From assembly GCA_020137815.1 (NCBI GenBank), contig CM035352.1:3100001-3164000 (forward strand): DNA of 64,000 bases, in the 5' to 3' direction. Shown piece by piece: positions 11,596 to 23,475 of the stretch (positions are counted from its first letter, which is position 1; each line of letters opens with the position of its first letter). The position numbers were made by a program, and so were the translations under genes. A model generated the notes under the pieces. That model ran no database searches and was not told where the DNA came from. It saw only the letters and a list, made by a program, of their open reading frames with translations. This DNA comes from Hormiphora californensis. Lineage: Eukaryota > Animalia > Ctenophora.

Positions 11596-12986
11596 TCAAC
11601 CCTCGGCCAGTGCCTTGTTTTCACTGTTAGGACGTTTATTTCGGCACGAGAAGGCAGAAAGTAAAGATTCACATTTTGCAATTCCCAAATTCTCCTCCTC
11701 GTAACCAACAAAATGTGACTGTATCTTGTGAAAGATGAGAATAATAATAGCGGCCAGGACCAGGCGACATAACCGCTCACTTCCTTCAGGATAACTGTAA
11801 ATTTCCTTTAGCTCAAACTTTGAAACGAACTGATGGGTGAGAAGAGTTATTGTATGTGGGGGGGGGGTCAAAGAAGAAAAAAAATCTTGTCATTGACAAA
11901 ACATCACTGCTATTAGATGGTACATGATTTGAAAATGATGGTACACTTACCGAGATAAACAGGGTGAACAGCTGCTTGATATACTCCCCCATGTTAGGGA
12001 AAGTGCCCAGGAAATGCTCTATCGCTGTGTTAGTAATTGTCTCCTGGATAGACGATAGAGATTTGAGGATCCAGAGAATTGGTCCGGGTTTAGAGGTTGA
12101 GATGTAGAGAACTGCTGCTGAGAGACGGTGCAACCAGTGGAGACCTGCAGGAGATGACGTGGAACATTAGGTATTGATCGAGAGGGGAGAGAAACAGATA
12201 GAAAGAGAGTGAGAGACAGAGCTACGGAGACAGGGAGAGACCTAGATACAGAGAGGTATAGATGGGTAGAAAGAAAGGGCGTTGTTACATACCTAACCAT
12301 GGAGAATGGTTCCTCAGGAAGCCCTGTACCAGAACCTCTGCAACCACACCCCCCTCTTGTAGGATTGTCAGACCGTGGATGGGGGCCTGGTGATCCAGCT
12401 TAGCTTGTACCACCGTGCTATCAAAGTAGAACACCGAGTAGTTCTCCGCCATCAGAGAGAAGTTATAACTGAGCGATAGGTAATAGTCCTTTGTCTTGTT
12501 GAGCGGCAGACTGACAGGATTCTCTAACAAGGACTGGTAAAATGATCCAGCATTGTAGTCTGAGTCAAACAGCCAGTAACTAATCTTTATGAGCTGCATA
12601 AAGTGGAAATCGTTGAGCTTGTCAGCGGATGTGTTGCTAAGATACTCCACCAAGACGCAGTTTCGCCCACCGTGGTCCACAAAGAGCTCTGTTTCTCTGT
12701 TGCACTCCACCGGGTCCTGTTGGAGAGGAGTTTATCAAACTATTTAAATCACAAAATATTGGCGACAAAAACGATTTCTTACGTAAATGATATCAGCTCT
12801 TATTTTCTGTAGTCCCTGTCCCATAGGAAGCTGGCTTGGAGCCAGAAGAAGATCCTTCAGTGTGAAAGTATCGTTGTGTAAGAAGAGGAGGATCAGGGAC
12901 GCAATGGAGGATAGGAGACATGTAGAGATTGCAAGGATAAGCAGAGTTATCACATAACTTTTCAACGTCTTAAACACAAAATACAT
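11596..12986 (-). CDS. Unknown membrane protein; exons 12986-12783, 12716-12293, 12144-11951, 11829-11596 (3' end uncertain)
   Basis: Four ORF pieces join in frame at canonical GT-AG sites; N-terminal signal-anchor and a hydrophobic segment near the C-terminus. Confidence 0.7.
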
Positions 12987-13339
12987 GGCCTGTAAAATAA
13001 GTTTTTAAATTGCGTTGCAAATCATTGACATTTCTTTTGGCCTACGCTGCAGTCCCATGTTTTTTCCCGTGATATAATCACAATATGACGCCCTGGGGTA
13101 CAATCGATGGTGGACTGCCCCAAAAACTCTTTGTTTAATGTTATCCCCCATACTTCTGCGATAACTGGAGTTCCTGCTTAGGTAGAGACTTTATCTCAAG
13201 TGCATTGGAAAGGTCTTAAAATTATCTTTCCAGTGCACCTAGAATGAAGTCTTATCTTATCTTATTAGGAACCGGATATATCATCAGAAACTTAAAAGAG
13301 GAGAGAACAGTTTTTTGAAACGGATTTGAAAATAAAATA

Positions 13340-14228
13340 GGGATCCCTAAAAAATTTCAGTATTTACACAGAGTTTACACAGTCTTTACTCAGTGGTTAC
13401 ACCCAGAGCGGCGCGTGCTGCGCACAGTGGCTTTTTCCAAGAAAATATTGGATTGTGTGCTGCACAATTGACAAAATTGAGCGCTGCGGCGAAAAAAGTT
13501 TCCGAAAACGCTGCAAATCGAGTGCGAAAGACGCAGTCGTTACACCCAGAGCGGCGCGGGCGCTCTGGGTGTAACGACTGAGTAAAGACTGTGTTTGGCA
13601 TACGTTGCAGGCCCCTTATAATATAATATAAGGGGCCTGGAGGGAATACCGCGCTGGGGGGGAATACATAATCAATCATATCTCCGGTTCCAGATAAGGT
13701 ACAGAAATCGTTTTGGTAGCGTTGGAAAGAAGAAGATAACAGCTTTCAAATGCAACCGGTTTCAGGTCTCTATCTTATCAGGAACAGGAGATATGAACCA
13801 AACTCCGCAAAATCGAGTGCGGTAAAATAAAAAATTTCGAGATTTTAATTCAAATTTGAAACAAAGTGTTCCTGCAGGGACCTGTGACGTCACTTTTTGA
13901 AAACAACCCATCTTTGAACGGTTATTGCTCAGCCTCCTGAAGTCCAATTAACTTCTCTCAAAAACAGCAAGGTAGATAATTGTCAGATCTAACAGCTAGT
14001 GAAAGAATCAAGTCAAACGGACTTCAGGGGCCAAAGTTATAAGCACCGCCGTTTTTTCGCTCGCAAAGTTATCTTCGACCCAGCCGGGCCCGTCCTGAGC
14101 TCAGGCCAAACGCGCGCGCGGCATTCCCTTCAGTCCCCTCGTTGCGGGGGTGCGCGCATGAGGGGGCTGCAGCGCATTCCAAAGACTGTGTAAACTCTGT
14201 GTAAATACTGAACTTTTTTAGGGATCCC
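13340..14228. mobile_element. Non-autonomous DNA transposon/MITE with ~50-bp TIRs and TA flanks
   Basis: TA-GGGATCCCTAAAAAATTTCAGTATTTACACAGAGTTTACACAGTCTTT mirrored at ~14182-14230; extra internal inverted repeat ~13380-13592. Confidence 0.8.
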
Positions 14229-14332
14229 TATTGGAAATTTTATTTTTCACAAATAATCCGTGCGCGCATGGCATATTTGGCAAATTTGTGCGCGGCGTAT
14301 AAAAGCATCGTTTTTCTTAAAATCTCGCGTGC

Positions 14333-14670
14333 ATGTAACTGTAACTGTAACCGTAACTGTAACTGTATATGTAACTGTAACTAAAATTGAAACTGCAACA
14401 GTTACAGTTACAGTTACAGTTACAGTTACAGTTACAGTTACAGTTACAGTTACAGTTACAGTTACAGTTACAGTTACAGTTACAGTTACAGTTACAGTTA
14501 TAATTACATTTACAGTTACAGTTACAGTTACAGTTACAGTTACAGTTACAGTTACAGTTACAGTTACAGTTACAGTTATAATTACATTTACATTTACAGT
14601 TACAGTTACAGTGTAACTGTAAGTGTAACTGTAAGTGTAACTGTAACTGTAACTGTTACTTACAGTTAAA
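14333..14670. repeat. (GTTACA)n/(TGTAAC)n microsatellite with orientation switches
   Basis: Visible hexamer array; related degenerate tract at ~23540-23630. Confidence 0.95.
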
Positions 14671-15604
14671 GATTTCAGTTATAGTTTGGAATTGGTTACG
14701 AAGTCACCCCTTTTATTGCATACAAAGCATGAGTTGTTATAACGGAGGGGTAATCAAACACACACCTCAGAAGGTTCAGCGGAGGAAATTCAGCCCCCTG
14801 GAACCACTGAAAAGGAGAAGGCGGAAACTAAAAACAAGACTGGAAGCAATCTCTTCTGTCAATGTTAACATCTCCAAAATCGAAGCACTCGAAAACGAGC
14901 TCACAATACTTGAGGAGAAGATAAAACACTCTGTGGATGAATCAATCGAGAAGAAGGAACACAGCGCTGTTGATACGATCAAGGTCAACCCACGATATTT
15001 CTTTTCCTAGGGGAAACTCTAACTGAATGCCTGCGCAGTAATCAGGGTGTGAACTGCATGTCGTGTTTGCTAGTCGCGAGCGCGCTTGCGAGACAAGCAA
15101 ACACGTCAAGGTTCATTAACAAGCATGCTGCTCAGTCATTTTAGATTTAATACACAATGTAAGGATACCATGTAATAGGTGAGACTCTTGCCGTCACCCT
15201 CGTTCAAGTCCCGTGAAAAACGGAGCAGTACACGCAAACTGATGCCCATTTTCCTCGCGTGACCCCGATTCAGCAGTTTGAGACACCAACTCTTTAGGGG
15301 GCCATATCTCAGGAACCAGACAAGATATGAAAAATCGCCGTCTAATGAGGCGTACAGTTTTTAATCTAGTTTACCACTGTACCGGCCGTTTCACTCTCCG
15401 ACCTAAAACAAAAATCGCAACCCCACAAAACTTCAAAATAATGAAATTCGCATCTCGCATGTCGTGTTGCATGTCGTGTTGCATGTCGTGTCATGTTATT
15501 GACGCGCTCGCGTTCAACTCTCACACAGCAGCTGCAGAACATGGCGGGAAACATCGAGGAGTAGAGAGAGGGTCGGTGCCGAATCAAATATTTCTTGATC
15601 TTGA

Positions 15605-18396
15605 TCTACTCCATCTCTCAGCTATCCTACCCCTCATCAACTCGATCTCTCAGCTACCCTACCCCTCATCTACTCCATCTTTCAGCTACCCTACCCCTTA
15701 TCTAGTCCATCTCTCAGCTACCCTACTCCTCATCTACTCCATCTCTCAGCTTCCCTATTAGGGAAGCATAGAGATGGAAACGATTAGGGGTAGGGAATCC
15801 CTATCCATAATCGTTTCCATCTCTATGCTTCCCTAGCCCTCATCAACTCCATCTTTCAGCTACCCTACCCCTAATCTAGTCCATCTCTCCGCTACCCTAC
15901 TCCTCATCTACTCCATCTCTCAGCTACCCTACCTCCCATTTACTCCATCTCTCAGCTACCCTACCTCCCATTTACTCCATCTCTCAGCTTCCCTACCTCC
16001 CATTTACTCCATCTCTCAGCTTACCTACCTCCCATTTACTCCATATCTCAGCTTCCCTACCTGCCATTTACTCCATCTCTCAGATACCCTACCTCCCATT
16101 TACTCCATCTCTCAGCTTACCTACCTTCCATTTACTCCATCTCTCAGCTTCCCTACCTCCCATTTACTCCATCCCTCAGCTACCCTACCTCCCATTTGAT
16201 CCATCTCTCAGCTTCCCTACCTCCCATTTACTCCATTTCTCAGCTTCCCTACCTCCCATTTGATCCATCTCTCAGCTTCCCTACCTCCCATTTACTCCAT
16301 TTCTCAGCTACCCTACCTCCCATTTACTCCATCTCTCAGCTTCCCTACCTCCCATTTACTCCATCCCTCAGCTACCCTACCTCCCATTTGATCCATCTCT
16401 CAGCTTCCCTACCTCCCATTTACTCCATTTCTCAGCTTCCCTACCTCTCATTTAGTACTCCATCTCTCAGCTACCCTACCTCCCATTTACTCCATCTCTC
16501 AGCTTCCCTACCTCCCATTTACTCCATCTCTCAGCTACCCTACCTCCCATTTGATCCATCTCTCAGCTTCCCTACCTCCCATTTACTCCATTTCTCAGCT
16601 TCCCTACCTCTCATTTAGTACTCCATCTCTCAGCTACCCTACCTCCCATTTACTCCATCTCTCAGCTTCCCTACCTCCCATTTACTCCATCTCTCAGCTA
16701 CCCTACCTCCCATTTACTCCATCTCTCAGCTTCCCTACCTCCCATTTACTCCATCTCTCAGCTACCTTACCTTCCATTTACTCCATCTCTCAGCTACCTT
16801 ACCTTCCATTTACTCCATCTCTCAGCTTCCCTTCCTCCCATTTACTCCATCTCTCAGCTACCCTACCTCCCATTTACTCCATCTCTCAGCTACCCTACCT
16901 CCCATTTACTCCATCTCTCAGCTACCCTACCTCCCATTTACTCCATCTCTCAGCTTACCTACCTCCCATTTACTCCATCTCTCAGCTTCCCTACCTCCCA
17001 TTTACTCCATCCCTCAGCTTCCCTACCTCCCATTTACTCCATCTCTCAGCTACCCTACCACCCATTTACTCCATCTCTCAGCTTTCCTACCTCCAATTTA
17101 CTCCATATCTCAGCTTCCCTACCTGCCATTTACTCCATCTCTCAGATACCCTACCTCCCATTTACTCCATCTCTCAGCTTACCTACCTCCCATTTACTCC
17201 ATCTCTCAGCTTCCCTACCTCCCATTTACTCCATCCCTCAGCTACCCTACCTCCCATTTGATCCATCTCTCAGCTTCCCTACCTCCCATTTACTCCATCT
17301 CTCAGCTACCCTACCTCCCATTTACTCCATCTCTCAGCTTCCCTACCTCCCATTTGATCCATCTCTCAGCTTCCCTACCTCCCATTTACTCCATCTCTCA
17401 GCTACCCTACCTCCCATTTACTCCATCTCTCAGCTTCCCTACCTCCCATTTACTCCATCTCTCAGCTACCCTACCTCCCATTTGATCCATCTCTCAGCTT
17501 CCCTACCTCCCATTTACTCCATTTCTCAGCTTCCCTACCTCTCATTTAGTACTCCATCTCTCAGCTACCCTACCTCCCATTTACTCCATCTCTCAGCTTC
17601 CCTACCTCCCATTTACTCCATCTCTCAGCTACCCTACCTCCCATTTACTCCATCTCTCAGCTTCCCTACCTCCCATTTACTCCATCTCTCAGCTACCTTA
17701 CCTTCCATTTACTCCATCTCTCAGCTACCTTACCTTCCATTTACTCCATCTCTCAGCTTCCCTTCCTCCCATTTACTCCATCTCTCAGCTACCCTACCTC
17801 CCATTTACTCCATCTCTCAGCTACCCTACCTCCCATTTACTCCATCTCTCAGCTACCCTACCTCCCATTTACTCCATCTCTCAGCTTACCTACCTCCCAT
17901 TTACTCCATCTCTCAGCTTCCCTACCTCCCATTTACTCCATCCCTCAGCTTCCCTACCTCCCATTTACTCCATCTCTCAGCTACCCTACCACCCATTTAC
18001 TCCATCTCTCAGCTTTCCTACCTCCAATTTACTCCATATCTCAGCTTCCCTACCTGCCATTTACTCCATCTCTCAGATACCCTACCTCCCATTTACTCCA
18101 TCTCTCAGCTTACCTACCTCCCATTTACTCCATCTCTCAGCTTCCCTACCTCCCATTTACTCCATCCCTCAGCTACCCTACCTCCCATTTGATCCATCTC
18201 TCAGCTTCCCTACCTCCCATTTACTCCATCTCTCAGCTACCCTACCTCCCATTTACTCCATCTCTCAGCTTCCCTACCTCCCATTTGATCCATCTCTCAG
18301 CTTCCCTACCTCCCATTTACTCCATCTCTCAGCTACCCTACCTCCCATTTACTCCATCTCTCAGCTTCCCTACCTCCCATTTACTCCATCTCTCAG
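15605..18396 (+). repeat. 32-bp pyrimidine-rich satellite, left arm, with a 931-bp higher-order duplication
   Basis: Unit ctcccatttactccatctctcagcttccctac; identical ORF translations at 16551 and 17482. Confidence 0.95.
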
Positions 18397-18418
18397 GGGT
18401 AGGAATGTTAGGATAAAT

Positions 18419-20845
18419 GAGAGATGGAGTAAATGGGAGGTAGGGAAGCTGAGAGATGGAGTAAATGGGAGGTAGGGAAGCTGAGAGATGGAGTAAATGG
18501 GAGGTAGGGAAGGTAAGCAATGGAGTAAATGGGAGGTAGGGAAGCTGAAAGATGGAGTAAATGGGAGGAAGGGAAGCTGAGAGATGGAGTAAATGGGAGG
18601 TAGGGTAGCTGAGAGATGGAGTAAATGGGAGGTAGGGAAGTTGAGAGATGGAGTAAATGGGAGGTAGGGAAGCTGAGGGATGGAGTAAATGGGAGGTAGG
18701 GAAGCTGAGAGATGGAGTAAATGGGAGGTAGGGAAGCTGAGAGATGGAGCAAATGGGTGGTAGGGTAGCTGAGAGATGGAGTGAATGGGAGGTAGGGTGG
18801 CTGAGAGATGGAGTAAATGGGAGGTAGGGAAGCTGAGGGATGGAGTAAATGGGAGGTAGGGAAGCTGAGAGATGGAGTAAATGGGAGGTAGGGAAGCTGA
18901 GAGATGGAGTAAATGGGTGGTAGGGTAGCTGAGAGATGGAGTGAATGGGAGGTAGGGTGGCTGAGAGATGGAGTAAATGGGAGGCAGGGATGGAGTAAAT
19001 GGGAGGTAGGGAAGCTGAGAGATGGAGTAAATGGGAGGTAGGGAAGCTGAGAGATGGAGTAAATGGGTGGTAGGGTAGCTGAGAGATGGAGTGAATGGGA
19101 GGTAGGGTGGCTGAGAGATGGAGTAAATGGGAGGCAGGGATGGAGTAAATGGGAGGTAGGGAAGCTGAGAGATGGAGTAAATGGGAGGTAGGGAAGCTGA
19201 GAGATGGAGTAAATGGGAGGTAGGGAAGTTGAGAGATGGAGTAAATGGGAGGTAGGGAAGCTGAGAGATGGAGTAAATGGGTGGTAGGGTAGCTGAGAGA
19301 TGGAGTGAATGGGAGGTAGGGTGGCTGAGAGATGGAGTAAATGGGAGGCAGGGATGGAGTAAATGGGAGGTAGGGAAGCTGAGAGATGGAGTAAATGGGA
19401 GGTAGGGAAGCTGAGAGATGGAGTAAATGGGAGGTAGGGAAGTTGAGAGATGGAGTAAATGGGAGGTAGGGAAGCTGAGAGGGATGGAGTAAATGGGAGG
19501 TAGGGAAGCTGAGAAATGGAGTAAATGGGAGGTAGGGAAGCTGAGAGATGGAGTAAATGGGTGGTAGGGTAGCTGAGAGATGGAGTGAATGGGAGGTAGG
19601 GTGGCTGAGAGATGGAGTAAATGGGAGGCAGGGATGGAGTAAATGAGAGGTAGGGAAGCTGAGAGATGGAGTAAATGGGAGGTAGGGAAGCTGAGAGATG
19701 GAGTAAATGGGTGGTAGGGTAGCTGAGAGATGGAGTGAATGGGAGGTAGGGTGGCTGAGAGATGGAGTAAATGGGAGGCAGGGATGGAGTAAATGGGAGG
19801 TAGGGAAGCTGAGAGATGGAGTAAATGGGAGGTAGGGAAGCTGAGAGATGGAGTAAATGGGAGGTAGGGAAGTTGAGAGATGGAGTAAATGGGAGGTAGG
19901 GAAGCTGAGAGATGGAGTAAATGGGTGGTAGGGTAGCTGAGAGATGGAGTGAATGGGAGGTAGGGTGGCTGAGAGATGGAGTAAATGGGAGGCAGGGATG
20001 GAGTAAATGGGAGGTAGGGAAGCTGAGAGATGGAGTAAATGGGAGGTAGGGAAGCTGAGAGATGGAGTAAATGGGAGGTAGGGAAGTTGAGAGATGGAGT
20101 AAATGGGAGGTAGGGAAGCTGAGAGGGATGGAGTGAATGGGAGGTAGGGAAGCTGAGAAATGGAGTAAATGGGAGGTAGGGAAGCTGAGAGATGGAGTAA
20201 ATGGGTGGTAGGGTAGCTGAGAGATGGAGTGAATGGGAGGTAGGGTGGCTGAGAGATGGAGTAAATGGGAGGCAGGGATGGAGTAAATGAGAGGTAGGGA
20301 AGCTGAGAGATGGAGTAAATGGGAGGTAGGGAAGCTGAGAGATGGAGTAAATGGGAGGTAGGTAAGCTGAGAGATGCAGTAAATGGGAGGAAGGGTATCT
20401 GAAAGATGGAGTAAATGGCAGGTAGGGAAGCTGAGATATGGAGTAAATGGGAGGTAGGTAAGCTGAGAGATGGAGTAAATGGGAGGTAGGGTAGCTGAGA
20501 GATGGAGTAAATGGGAGGTAGGGTAGCTGAGAGATGGAGTAGATGAGGAGTAGGGTAGCGGAGAGATGGACTAGATTAGGGGTAGGGTAGCTGAAAGATG
20601 GAGTTGATGAGGGCTAGGGAAGCATAGAGATGGAAACGATTATGGATAGGGATTCCCTACCCCTAATCGTTTCCATCTCTATGCTTCCCTAATAGGGAAG
20701 CTGAGAGATGGAGTAGATGAGGAGTAGGGTAGCTGAGAGATGGACTAGATAAGGGGTAGGGTAGCTGAAAGATGGAGTAGATGAGGGGTAGGGTAGCTGA
20801 GAGATCGAGTTGATGAGGGGTAGGATAGCTGAGAGATGGAGTAGA
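18419..20845 (-). repeat. Same 32-bp satellite inverted, right arm
   Basis: Unit gtagggaagctgagagatggagtaaatgggag; contains truncated variants (gggaggcagggatgg). Confidence 0.95.
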
Positions 20846-21407
20846 TCAAGATCAAGAAATATTTGATTCGGCACCGACCCTCTCTCTACTCCTCGATGTT
20901 TCCCGCCATGTTCTGCAGCTTCTGTGTGAGAGTTGAACGCGAGCGCGTCAATAACATGACACGACATGCAACACGACATGCAACACGACATGCGAGATGC
21001 GAATTTCATTATTTTGAAGTTTTGTGGGGTTGCGATTTTTGTTTTAGGTCGGAGAGTGAAACGGCCGGTACAGTGGTAAACTAGATTAAAAACTGTACGC
21101 CTCATTAGACGGCGATTTTTCATATCTTGTCTGGTTCCTGAGATATGGCCCCCTAAAGAGTTGGTGTCTCAAACTGCTGAATCGGGGTCACGCGAGGAAA
21201 ATGGGCATCAGTTTGCGTGTACTGCTCCGTTTTTCACGGGACTTGAACGAGGGTGACGGCAAGAGTCTCACCTATTACATGGTATCCTTACATTGTGTAT
21301 TAAATCTAAAATGACTGAGCAGCATGCTTGTTAATGAACCTTGACGTGTTTGCTTGTCTCGCAAGCGCGCTCGCGACTAGCAAACACGACATGCAGTTCA
21401 CACCCTG

Positions 21408-21610
21408 GTAATGGCGTCCGCCGTCCCATCACTGGTAAAAATCTAACTGATAATGGGAGTCATCACTCTGTGCGCGTCAGGATTTGCCACAAATTTTGCC
21501 AAAAAAGGCTTTTACGTAGGGCGCGATGACAAACACACGAGCATGGTCGCACGTTTTTCCATCATTCCGTCCATTCAATTAGAGTTTTACCAGTGATGGG
21601 ACGCCATTAC
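21408..21610. mobile_element. ~200-bp MITE nested in the right foldback arm only
   Basis: GTAATGGCGTCC..CATCACTGGTAAAA / TTTTACCAGTGATGGGACGCCATTAC; absent from the left arm near 15040. Confidence 0.75.
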
Positions 21611-21639
21611 TGCGCGGGCATTCAGTTAGAGTTTCCCCC

Positions 21640-23475
21640 TACGCAAAACGACTATCAAAAGTTAAATCGAACATTGCCCCTCTCAAACGTGATGATGGAA
21701 CACTCACCACAGACAACACTGAAAAAGCGGAACTCCTGCAAAAACAGTACTGCCGTGCTTTCAGTGATCCAGATGGTGGAGACTTGCTGAAAAGTCTTTC
21801 TTGGGTTGAGGATAGCAGTGCGATTTTGGAGGATTTCACATTTACGTCTGATGACATTAAAGGAGCCCTCTCAGAACTTGATCCTGCTTCTGCCGGACCA
21901 GATGGTGACATCCCTGCTAAAATTCTCAGTGCTTGTAAAGCCACTCTTGCTGTACCACTCTTTCTTCTTTGGGAGCGGTCCTTCGAAGAAGGAATAACAC
22001 CCCCAAACCTGAAAAAGCAGTACATCACACCAATCTTCAAGCGTGGTGACAAAACTCTTGCTGTTAACTACCGCCCTGTTTCACTGACTTCTAACTTGCT
22101 AAAAACATCTGAACGAGTTGTACGAAACAAGTTGGTGGATCACCTTGAAAGTAACAATCTTCTACCAGATAGCCAACACGGGTTTAGGAAGCAACGAAGC
22201 TGTCTCACACAGTTACTTGATCACATGGACGGAATCTTTCGAGAGCTAAACAGCGGGAACGAAGTCGATGTAATCTATTTGGACTATTCCAAAGCCTTTG
22301 ACCGTGTCAACCATGCTATTCTTCTTGCCAAGCTGGAAAAGCTAGGCATCAAAGGGAAAGTACTAAATTGGATAAAAGACTTCCTTTCTGGTCGGTACCA
22401 AACAGTTACTGTTGACGGTGAAAAATCGAACTTCGAGCTGGTCAAAAGTGGAGTCCCTCAAGGGACCGTACTCGGACCAATCCTCTTTATCATCTACGTA
22501 GCTGATCTCCAGAGCCAAGTGATCCACAGCAAAATCAGAACCTTTGCGGATGATACCAAGCTCCAAAAGAGTGTCGACTCGGAAGAATCAGGAGCAGAAA
22601 TGCAAGAGGATCTCCAGCGTGTGGTGGAGTGGTCTGCAGCCAACTGTATGACACTTCATGAGGACAAGTTTGAGGTTATTCACTATACTCTGAACAGAAC
22701 ATCCCTTCTCAGAGAACTGCCTTTCACCCATGACCTTAGCTCATATGTGACTCCAGGTGGAAATGAAATACAGCCAACGGATACAGTGAAAGACCTTGGC
22801 ATCACTCTATCAAACAATGGCTCTTGGACAGACCATCTCATGAGGATCTCATCAGAAGCACGAAGGATGGCCGCCTGGGCACTGAGAGCTTTTAAAGATA
22901 GGTCAGTAACCACTATGCTGACACTCTACAAGTCACTAATAAGGTGTAAAGTAGAATACTGCTCACCTTTATGGTCGCCCTACAAGATTGGTGACATCCA
23001 GGCGCTGGAGAGTATCCAGAGACAGTTTACCCGAAGGATCGAAGACATGGCACAACTTGACTATTGGGAACGGCTGAAAAAGCTTAGACTGATGTCATTA
23101 CAACGACGGAGGGAGCGATACTCGATAATACAAATGTGGAAAATCCATAACGGTGCAGCCCCTAACAGCACGAATACCCGGTTTTACCATCATCAACGGC
23201 TCGGCATCCGAGCCGAAGTACCTACTCTTTACAGTGGAGCACAGAAGTCATTCTCAACAAAATACTTCCACTCTTTTACTGTAAGGGCCGCTCGGCTATG
23301 GAACACATTGCCGAAAGAGGTTAATACAGCAGTGACCTTAGATACGTTCAAGATCCTGCTGGGCCGTTGGCTGGACCACTTCCCTGACAATCCACCTGTG
23401 AAGGGTTATTCTACCCGGAACAACAATTCTATCATGGACTGGGTTTTGGAGGTTCGAGCTAAAGGGGGATGCTGA
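21640..23475 (+). CDS. Non-LTR retrotransposon ORF2 reverse transcriptase and C-terminal region (CR1-type)
   Basis: Motifs NYRPVSLT, QHGFR, YLDYSKAFD, GVPQGTVLGP, FADD, SLQRRRER; open without stops. Confidence 0.95.
   Translation, partial: YAKRLSKVKSNIAPLKRDDGTLTTDNTEKAELLQKQYCRAFSDPDGGDLLKSLSWVEDSSAILEDFTFTSDDIKGALSELDPASAGPDGDIPAKILSACKATLAVPLFLLWERSFEEGITPPNLKKQYITPIFKRGDKTLAVNYRPVSLTSNLLKTSERVVRNKLVDHLESNNLLPDSQHGFRKQRSCLTQLLDHMDGIFRELNSGNEVDVIYLDYSKAFDRVNHAILLAKLEKLGIKGKVLNWIKDFLSGRYQTVTVDGEKSNFELVKSGVPQGTVLGPILFIIYVADLQSQVIHSKIRTFADDTKLQKSVDSEESGAEMQEDLQRVVEWSAANCMTLHEDKFEVIHYTLNRTSLLRELPFTHDLSSYVTPGGNEIQPTDTVKDLGITLSNNGSWTDHLMRISSEARRMAAWALRAFKDRSVTTMLTLYKSLIRCKVEYCSPLWSPYKIGDIQALESIQRQFTRRIEDMAQLDYWERLKKLRLMSLQRRRERYSIIQMWKIHNGAAPNSTNTRFYHHQRLGIRAEVPTLYSGAQKSFSTKYFHSFTVRAARLWNTLPKEVNTAVTLDTFKILLGRWLDHFPDNPPVKGYSTRNNNSIMDWVLEVRAKGGC

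Larger units (their letters stand above)
15010..21638. mobile_element. 6.6-kb foldback-type non-autonomous DNA element
   Basis: Ends GGGGAAACTCTAACTGAATGCC / GGCATTCAGTTAGAGTTTCCCC; CTA on both flanks; arms 15010-18396 and 18419-21638. Confidence 0.9.

Noticed and set aside
14260-14616. VTVT repeat protein; also LSLS and RERE ORFs near 57.6 and 59.3 kb
   Set aside because: Microsatellite translations
15605-20845. 32-bp repeats as a CRISPR array
   Set aside because: No unique spacers, no cas genes, eukaryotic context
15327-21123. ORFs inside the foldback (LSASLPPIYSISQ repeats and mirrored 144-aa ORFs)
   Set aside because: Translations of a stop-poor satellite and of inverted arms; no protein features
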